Part shown: piece after piece, positions 57,505 to 64,000 of the stretch | Layout of the letters: every line of letters begins with the position of its first letter | Position numbering within the stretch: position 1 is the stretch's first letter | From: Candidatus Omnitrophota bacterium | GTDB taxonomy: Bacteria > Omnitrophota > Gorgyraeia > B26-G9 > JBDRCZ01 | Reading direction: 5' to 3' | NCBI GenBank assembly: GCA_043821285.1 | Contig: JBDRCZ010000056.1 | Coordinates: 792-64,791 of the forward strand | Length of the DNA stretch: 64,000 bases | Notes under the pieces: generated by a model | The model's input: only the letters and a program-made list of their open reading frames with translations | The model's database searches: none | What the model was told of the DNA's origin: nothing | Translations under genes and position numbers: made by a program

Positions 57505-58983
57505 ATGAATAGTAAGGCAACGATTTCATTAATTCTACTTAGAGTAACCTTAGTTTTTCTATTTATATGTAATATTTTTTTCTCCAGCACGGAAGTATGT
57601 GCAATATTGATTCTTGACGAAATACTTGAATTAAACAATAAGGCAATTACTAATATTACGTTTAAGCTAAATGAGGAGCAGCATTATTTAGGAGGGTGGC
57701 ATCAAAAGCTAATTTTGAAAGGTAGCGATGGCAACTTATGGTTATTCAAGTTTACGGGCAAAGAAGGAGCAGATAGAGCTGGTGTGGTTTCTTCATGGGC
57801 GAAGCTTTTTGGAGTAAACTTTAATGAAGTTTATTACATTTCCTTGCCGATTAATGGTGAAATGGTCGATGGTTCCGTACAGAGATTTTTTTCTTCTTCG
57901 ACAACTTTGTGTAATATATCGCCACAAAGTTTATCTGATCAACAGATAGAGCAATTGCAGAAACAGCAGGTATTAGATTGGCTTATATATAATTTTGACA
58001 CGAAGTGTAATAATTTTATAGTTCTTTCTAACACTGGGGAAATAATCGGGGTAGATAAAGAAAGTTGTTTTGAATATCCTGATGAAAAAATTGATTTATC
58101 TAGAAAAAGCACAGTATATTATAGAAAATATTCTTATTATAATAAATTTTGGCAAGCTTATATAAGAGGAACAATCAAGGTCGATCTTAAAAAGACATTT
58201 GAGTTAATAGACCATATCCAAAGTTTTAACGATGATATCTTAACAGAAATATTTTTGTCAGTAGTTATGAAGACAGATAATAGCGATCCAGATGTTTATT
58301 GTTTAAAGGGAATCTATAGGGTTATGGATGCAGTACTTTTGCAGAAGAAAAATTTGCGGCATGATTTTGAAGAGTTTTACCAAATGTTAAATAGAGAAAG
58401 AGGAGAGAAGTTTCGGCTTCCATACAAGAAGATAAATAACAATTTCTCAAAAAATGTGTTACAGAATCTCAAGAGTGATATTTTTGTAAAAAATTGTGGT
58501 TTAAAAGAAGTAACCTCTAAGGAAAACAAGAAACAGCTAAATATTGAAGCAGTTTGTTCAGCTAAAGCTTGGAGGATGGTTCATTCTGAAATTTGCCTAC
58601 CAGACGAAGATCCTAATCGCATAATAGAAAAGTTGGAAGCTGCAAGAAATGGGATAACAAGTATTCATGAGAAATTAGCCATTAGTCTTTACATTGCAAC
58701 ACTCCGTCGTATAAATAAGAATGCACGTACATGGAAAAATTTACAGCTTATTACTAAGCATCCGAAAGCAATATCATGTTCCGAAATAGTTTGTTATCTT
58801 ACTCAAAAAAAAATGATACAATATAATTCTAATGACAGCGAGGACGTTACTCTTGATAGCGAAGATCATTATCTTTTAGGATTAGCTTATATAGTAAAAG
58901 ATCAATACAAAAATGCCAGATTTCATTTTGATAGAGCGAAAGAATTAGGATGTGATATTGAAAAGTTGATCAAAGAAGAGTAG
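57505..58983 (+). CDS. hypothetical secreted protein, possibly an atypical PI3/PI4-kinase-like fold
   Basis: Signal peptide. DWLIYNFDTKCNNFIV and IIGVDKE resemble the GDRHxxN catalytic-loop and DFG-like motifs. Very AT-rich. Confidence 0.35.
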   Translation: MNSKATISLILLRVTLVFLFICNIFFSSTEVCAILILDEILELNNKAITNITFKLNEEQHYLGGWHQKLILKGSDGNLWLFKFTGKEGADRAGVVSSWAKLFGVNFNEVYYISLPINGEMVDGSVQRFFSSSTTLCNISPQSLSDQQIEQLQKQQVLDWLIYNFDTKCNNFIVLSNTGEIIGVDKESCFEYPDEKIDLSRKSTVYYRKYSYYNKFWQAYIRGTIKVDLKKTFELIDHIQSFNDDILTEIFLSVVMKTDNSDPDVYCLKGIYRVMDAVLLQKKNLRHDFEEFYQMLNRERGEKFRLPYKKINNNFSKNVLQNLKSDIFVKNCGLKEVTSKENKKQLNIEAVCSAKAWRMVHSEICLPDEDPNRIIEKLEAARNGITSIHEKLAISLYIATLRRINKNARTWKNLQLITKHPKAISCSEIVCYLTQKKMIQYNSNDSEDVTLDSEDHYLLGLAYIVKDQYKNARFHFDRAKELGCDIEKLIKEE

Positions 58984-59116
58984 ATGATTTAAAGAACTAT
59001 TAGTTTTATTTGTAATGAAATGGATAAAAAAACAGATGATATAAAATATCATATGATAGAAGCAATACTGTGTAGTCTTACGTACTGAAACGGTCATTTG
59101 TAAGGAATTTTTTATT

Positions 59117-59995
59117 ATGAGCTTTGCCGTAATATTAGCATTTTTAATGACGTTGATCACTGCTAGTTCGAATGTAATTTTAAAAAAGGGATTTTCTAAG
59201 ATTTCTCCTTTTGCTGCAGTATATATATCTGTTATAATAAGTACAATATTTCTTTGGTGTGCGACATTTCTATTTGTTCCGAGAAACTATTTTTGTAACT
59301 ATAAAGGGATCATGATCTTTGTGCTCATTGGCAGTTTTGCCCCTACGATTGTCAGAACTTTAACATATTACGGTATTCATAAGCTTGGCGCAGGACGGGC
59401 GGCGCCACTTCGGGCAATGACCCCATTTTTTGCGACGATTATTGCGATAGTTTTTTTAAAAGAGTCACCAAAGCCAAGTATATTTGTGGGGATTTTTTTG
59501 ATTATCTTAGGTATAATTGTTCTTTCAAAAAAGAATGAAGATAATATCACACAATGGCGGCTTAATTATTTTTTTTATCCATTAGGAGCGGCGATATTAG
59601 CGGGACTTGCGGCAAATCTGCGTAAATTCGGCTTAAATCTGATGCCCCAACCTGTTTTTGCTTCCACAATAGCCGCGACCAGTTCTTTAATATTTTTAAC
59701 CGGTTATATTTTTTTTAAGTACAAAAAAATAGAGATTACACAGTTACGTCACTCAAAGGCAATAAAGCTGATTATTATTGCCGCCTTTTTGACCTCTTGC
59801 GGCGAGATTGTAGATTTATCAGCATTACTCTATGGAAAAGTGAGTCTGGTGGTGCCTATTTTTGCGACAACTCCGTTAATAATCATTTTCTTAAGCCGGA
59901 TTTTTTTAAAAAAACAAGAAACAATAACCAAGTATTTAATATTATCAACAATTCTGATTATCTTAGGAGTTTATTTTACAGTTATCAGCGCGTAG
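59117..59995 (+). CDS. EamA/DMT-family transporter
   Basis: About 10 TM helices in two duplicated halves. Confidence 0.7.
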   Translation: MSFAVILAFLMTLITASSNVILKKGFSKISPFAAVYISVIISTIFLWCATFLFVPRNYFCNYKGIMIFVLIGSFAPTIVRTLTYYGIHKLGAGRAAPLRAMTPFFATIIAIVFLKESPKPSIFVGIFLIILGIIVLSKKNEDNITQWRLNYFFYPLGAAILAGLAANLRKFGLNLMPQPVFASTIAATSSLIFLTGYIFFKYKKIEITQLRHSKAIKLIIIAAFLTSCGEIVDLSALLYGKVSLVVPIFATTPLIIIFLSRIFLKKQETITKYLILSTILIILGVYFTVISA

Positions 59996-60082
59996 TCTGG
60001 TGGCTCTGTGTGAGAAAAATTTATATCAAAGCGCTGCAGCGAATAAATGGACTTTATGTTAACCTTATAAGCAAAAATATAA

Positions 60083-60178
60083 AGCCACGGATTAACACTG
60101 ATGGAACACAGATAAGAAAATAAGGTTAAACGATTTGATTATTAAAAATCCGTGTTTCATCTCGGTAAATCCGTGGCT
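60083..60178. repeat. Family D element (AAGCCACGGATTAACACTGAT ... AAATCCGTGGCT)
   Basis: About 85 percent identical to 42690-42770, including the internal AAGGTTAAACGATTT motif. Confidence 0.65.
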
Positions 60179-60480
60179 AAAAAATAATAATCAAACGAAC
60201 AAATTGTCATCCCTGACCTTGTTCCGTCACGAAAGCGGCTTATAAGGCAGGTGAGCGCAAAGGTTAAAAATAAAAAAATCAATAATCACACAGAGCCACA
60301 GAGGCGCAGAGAATGACGAAAAAGAAAATTAGTGCAATTTTTTGAATTTTCTTGTAGTGTGTTAGGAAAAGTAGAATATATTCGGAATGGTTTAAGAAGA
60401 AAATCAGTTCGGCTATTTTTGAAGAAGTTTATAATAAAAGTAACTACCTGAAAAGAATAGGATTTCGAGGAGATACCTTA

Positions 60481-61551
60481 ATGAGTGATGCAAAAATACA
60501 AACACTTTGCGGGTTTAGTCGTACTCAAGGCTGTGCATCCAAGATGCGCCGGGCTTTGCTTAAAAAATTAGTTAGTGTTTTGCCCGGAACGATAAAGAAA
60601 AATAAAGACAAAATAATATCTGATTATGATTCATTTGATGATGCGGCTATTTATAAACTAACTGATGAAATTTCCATAGTTTTTACGGTTGATTTTATGA
60701 CACCGGTTACCAATGATCCGGAAAGGTTTGGCCACATTGCCATAGCTAATGCGCTAAGTGACATTTATGCAAAAGGAGCCGCGCCATGTCTTGGCTTAAA
60801 TGTACTTGGCTTTCCTCAAGAAAAAATGGATTTAACAATTGTTGAACGAATTCTAAAAGCTGGCTTTGCTAAGGCTGAAGAAGCAAATGCACATATAGTT
60901 GGCGGACATACGCTAAATATATCTGAATTTATTTATGGTTTGGCGGCAATAGGTTTTGTTAAAAACAATGAGATTATTCTTAACTCTGGAGCATATAAAG
61001 GGGATGTATTGTTACTTACAAAACCACTGGGGACGAACGTAGTATTAACATTAGCAAATAGAGCAGGCGTTGATGTAGGTTCGGATATTCTTGAAGAATG
61101 TCTTGATTCAATGTGCCAGCTAAATATTATACCAGACATGTTAATGAAAGAAGCCAAGATCAGTGCGTGCACGGATATTAGCGGATATGGATTTATCGGC
61201 CATTTAGCACAGATGTTAGAAGCGAGTAAACAGAAAGCAATAATTTATTCTGCCCAAATCCCTGTAATTAAGAAATCTTTAGATTTTTATAATATGGCCT
61301 ATCGTGCTTGTTCGGTAGAAGCAAATAAAGCGGATTATTCAGATTATGTTCAGTTTACTAATTCAGTGTCACCATCTTTAAGAGATTTATTATTCGATGC
61401 CCATACTTCAGGAGGATTACTAATGTCAGTTCCGGAAAAAAATAGCAAAGTACTTTTAGAAAAACTTCAGCAAAATAAATTTATACATGCTGCTATTGTT
61501 GGCAGGGTTATAGGACTTGATGAACAGGAAAGTTTAATCAAAATAGAATAG
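60481..61551 (+). CDS. selD: Selenide, water dikinase (selenophosphate synthetase), Cys-type
   Basis: N-terminal GFSRTQGCASK (Cys at the Sec/Cys position) and AIR-synthase-like fold motifs across the full length. Confidence 0.85.
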   Translation: MSDAKIQTLCGFSRTQGCASKMRRALLKKLVSVLPGTIKKNKDKIISDYDSFDDAAIYKLTDEISIVFTVDFMTPVTNDPERFGHIAIANALSDIYAKGAAPCLGLNVLGFPQEKMDLTIVERILKAGFAKAEEANAHIVGGHTLNISEFIYGLAAIGFVKNNEIILNSGAYKGDVLLLTKPLGTNVVLTLANRAGVDVGSDILEECLDSMCQLNIIPDMLMKEAKISACTDISGYGFIGHLAQMLEASKQKAIIYSAQIPVIKKSLDFYNMAYRACSVEANKADYSDYVQFTNSVSPSLRDLLFDAHTSGGLLMSVPEKNSKVLLEKLQQNKFIHAAIVGRVIGLDEQESLIKIE

Positions 61552-61941
61552 GCTAATTGTTGTATTTGTTTAAAGTTATAAATGAAAAAGCAGATAATCA
61601 CGACAGACGCAGAAACACAGAGAAAAAGAAAGAATAAAAATTAACTAGATTACACAGTTCACGAAGAAATATTATAGAATGAACCCTTCTATACTATTTT
61701 TAACAACTTAACATTATTCACTTTGTGTTTTCTGGTTGATAAAAATTTTTATTTGCTTGCGGATTTTTTATCAAAGTTAAAACATGGCTTTTTTGCTTAC
61801 AAAAATTTTTTTGGGCAAAAAATCTGCGATTGTCCGTAAATATCTGTGATCGAGAAAAATAGATAATATCTTCACTAATCATTATATTGATAGAATTATA
61901 CAAATATGTTATACTAAATAAGGAGATAAAGGGGGTAGTTT

Positions 61942-62136
61942 ATGATGAAGAAAAAAAAACAATATAAGTTCGAACTAATAGATATGAATAAATATAGAGG
62001 TGAATGGATAGCCTTTATAGATGGGAAAATATTTTCCCATGGCAAGGTGCTTAGAAATGTGCTTGAACGAGCTAAAAAAACCGGGAAAGAGCCAATTATA
62101 GATAAAGTTCCACAACAGAATACATTAATAGTATGA
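61942..62136 (+). CDS. small hypothetical protein (64 aa) coupled to the downstream aspartyl protease
   Basis: ATGA overlap with the next gene. RBS aaggaga. Confidence 0.4.
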   Translation: MMKKKKQYKFELIDMNKYRGEWIAFIDGKIFSHGKVLRNVLERAKKTGKEPIIDKVPQQNTLIV

Positions 62137-62552
62137 TAGAATTTGATTATAAAGGATTTGTAAAGACAGACGAGAGTGGAAAGATATTAGGCGTATATTA
62201 TCGCCCGAATGCGATAGTTAAACTAGTTAATGGTGATAATTATATTGTTTCTAATATGCTTATAGACTCAGGAGCAGATGTTAGTGTGATACCAAAAGCT
62301 GAAGGTGAAGCTTTGGGATTCCGAATTGAAAAGGACGAAAAAATCGAAGATGTCAATGGCATAGGCGGACAGATTCCAGTCGTACATCGGGCCATAGAAT
62401 TTAATATAGGCATAGCGGGCATAAAAATAAATATAGCCTGGGCACTGATAAATGATCTTCCCCCAATTATGGGGAGAGAAGGTGTATTTGATACATTCAT
62501 TATAGAATTTCGGCAGAAAGAGAAGAAAGTTAGATTCCATCGTATCAAATAG
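62133..62552 (+). CDS. Retropepsin-like (clan AA) aspartyl protease
   Basis: MLIDSGADVSVIP active-site motif. Paralog of 27975-28328. Confidence 0.7.
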   Translation: MIEFDYKGFVKTDESGKILGVYYRPNAIVKLVNGDNYIVSNMLIDSGADVSVIPKAEGEALGFRIEKDEKIEDVNGIGGQIPVVHRAIEFNIGIAGIKINIAWALINDLPPIMGREGVFDTFIIEFRQKEKKVRFHRIK

Positions 62553-62689
62553 AGAAGTGTTCATGATTAAATAATATTTTCCTTCCTAAAAAATCCTATC
62601 ATAAATTTCCAGGGAGATATAGAAATGAACCTATAATGTGTAAAGTTTCCCTTTTGCCAAGATAGACATTTTATTAGACAAAGACTCTA

Positions 62690-63140
62690 ACTATAACCGA
62701 GGAGGGAAAGGAAAGAGAGGGATACAGACAGTCGGATGGGGTTGACAAGTGGGGAAGTCAAGATATGATAAACTTGACAAAGCGAGAACCCCTGGGTCCA
62801 GACGGGGAGAGGATAAGTTTCCTACCATTCGCAGAACTGGGTAATAGAATAATGGACACTCAAACCTAAGCATGAATCAAACTGAGGTAATGGAGACAGA
62901 TAGTTAAGGTTAGATGTAGTCTGTATCGGGAACTGAGGGAAGGATTCATGTAAACTTGTTGGTATCTGAACTTGAAGCCGTACTGTGGAAAAACCCGACG
63001 TACGGAATTTTAGCGGGGACTTTGGAAACGTAGATAATGGTGAAATTAGGAACCCACCGCACAATCGAAAGGGTGCGTGATTTGGAAGCTCTTCACTTAA
63101 TATGCTGTGCGCCAGAGTTCTACCCGACAAGAACACAGAG
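62690..63140 (+). ncRNA. Candidate structured non-coding RNA (GC-rich, ORF-free). Contains a group-II-intron domain-V-like hairpin at 62974-63010
   Basis: No plus-strand ORF. Local GC is well above the surroundings. Multiple stem-loops, e.g. GAAGCCGTAC...GTACGG. Only low-complexity spurious ORFs on the minus strand. Confidence 0.35.
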
Positions 63141-63217
63141 CAGGAATAAAGCTATTCAGAGATTTTTTCTGTGAACTTTGTGTTCTCTGTGGTTAAAATC
63201 TATTTGATTATTGTTAA

Positions 63218-63445
63218 TTACGACACAGCCTGAAAGCGATATCCTTTCAAATCAATGATCGGTTATTCAAAGAGGCTAAGGAACTTATTCACAAGACGCA
63301 TGTTCCTAAAAACTCCTATATCAATGATGCCCTTAAGTATTACAATCGACTGATTAGAAGAAAGCTCCTAAAACAGCGTTACCAGAAAGAATCAGCATTA
63401 GTAGTTGAACATTCGTTGCAGATTAATCGGGAATTCCAATGTTAA
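63218..63445 (+). pseudogene. VapB/ribbon-helix-helix-like antitoxin remnant lacking a canonical start codon
   Basis: Translation SFQINDRLFKEAKELIHKTHVPKNSYINDALKYYNRLIRRKLLKQ matches the RHH antitoxin pattern. No ATG/GTG/TTG in frame after the upstream stop. No toxin partner. Confidence 0.3.
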
Positions 63446-63644
63446 AAAACTAAAGAAGTGTTTAAATTTAATTCTGGATTGATTAAAAAAGGGAGAACTG
63501 GAAAAGGGGTTTATTATATATTAGATCCTGTTTATAGGGGACATAAGGGGACATTCTACTATATACAAATTGAGCCATAATTTTTCTTTAGGTTATTTTG
63601 AACTTGATTATTCTCTTTATCTTGCTAAAGGGTGAATTTTAGAA

Positions 63645-63692
63645 GGAAAGCTTGAAAACCTACGGTTTTCAAATGGATAAAAAATTTCCGGT
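63645..63692. repeat. Family B module (GGAAAGCTTGAAAACCTACGGTTTTCAAATGGATAAAAAATTTCCGG)
   Basis: Near-identical to 57227-57274 and 9695-9734. Confidence 0.7.
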
Positions 63693-63707
63693 AAGGAAAG
63701 TTTTTAT

Positions 63708-64000
63708 ATGAAATCTAATAATCGTCACAATCTATGCATACTTATAATCATTATCGGAATTTTTCTTTTCGTTCCTAATGCTATTTTTGCACAAGAATGG
63801 CAGTTTGTAAAAAGTGGTAAGGAATTTGGCATTAGTGGGATGGCATTGATTGAACAAAATGACGATCACCTTTCTTTTCTGGTCAACCACGACAGTAAGA
63901 AAGAAAATGATATTCGTTTGGCTATTGTTACGATTGATACTAATAACAAGATTCAGTATATTCCTTTAAACTGGCCCGAAGGTATAGATTTACCAGAGGA
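63708..64000 (+). CDS. hypothetical secreted protein, N-terminal part (runs off the window end)
   Basis: ATG with RBS aaggaaag. Signal peptide LCILIIIIGIFLFVPNAIFA. Confidence 0.45.
   Translation, partial: MKSNNRHNLCILIIIIGIFLFVPNAIFAQEWQFVKSGKEFGISGMALIEQNDDHLSFLVNHDSKKENDIRLAIVTIDTNNKIQYIPLNWPEGIDLPE

Noticed and set aside
62690-63140. RNase P RNA or tmRNA identity for the GC-rich non-coding segment
   Set aside because: There are no GGAAAGUCCGG / ACAGAAxCCGGCUUA RNase P core motifs. There is no tRNA-like 3' end (GGTTCGAATCC...CCA) and no tag-peptide frame as expected for tmRNA. A short AAAGGGUGCG match is insufficient.

Overview
This is a 64 kb chromosomal segment from a low-GC, apparently anaerobic bacterium. 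No Cas genes or CRISPR arrays are present, and I could not recognise any rRNA or tRNA genes.

Housekeeping backbone, 1 to about 28 kb: clpP; a serC-like class-V aminotransferase with serA; a short LeuA/homocitrate-synthase-like gene; purA; purC; a cell-envelope cluster (two paralogous PG-binding lipoproteins, an OmpA-like lipoprotein, a LysM-M23 peptidase); DUF4912-like plus GH57 branching enzyme; and the conserved uppS-cdsA-dxr-rseP-ispG-proS block.

Stress and signalling genes, about 24.7 to 33 kb: M48 peptidase, LOG, a GAF-HD-GYP phosphodiesterase, a retropepsin-like aspartyl protease, and a 1537-aa thioester (CVEQ) alpha-2-macroglobulin with no recognisable signal peptide.

Hydrogenase-maturation and molybdenum-cofactor cluster, about 33.3 to 40.1 kb: this is the most interesting locus. 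It holds a zinc-finger-less HypA-like gene, a HypC-domain::HydE radical-SAM fusion, rex, mobA, mogA, hydG (with the C-x2-C-x22-C auxiliary-cluster motif), moaD/thiS-like and moeB/thiF-like genes.

AT-rich accessory half, about 40 to 64 kb:
- Gene remnants: a truncated reverse-rubrerythrin, a frameshifted DUF1016/YhcG nuclease, a type-III Res N-terminal stub, and an aspartyl-protease relic.
- HicAB toxin-antitoxin, an HsdR_N-type nuclease-domain protein, a SWIM-SNF2 helicase, a NYN-domain protein, a B12-radical-SAM gene, GT2, an EamA transporter and selD.
- A GC-rich, ORF-free region of about 450 nt (62.69 to 63.14 kb) that is probably a structured RNA.

Repeat families: the window is saturated with at least six interrelated families of short intergenic repeats (CCACRGAT-unit elements, a TTGAAAACC-N3-GGTTTTCAA palindrome module, CGAAGATCCGCC/GGCGGACAGGG modules, CACAGAG-unit elements, a 48-bp direct repeat flanking one gene, and TIR-bounded MITE-like elements). 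A promoter-like motif TTAAAAG-N10-TTTTGACAGAACC recurs about 20 to 30 bp upstream of several ribosome-binding sites.
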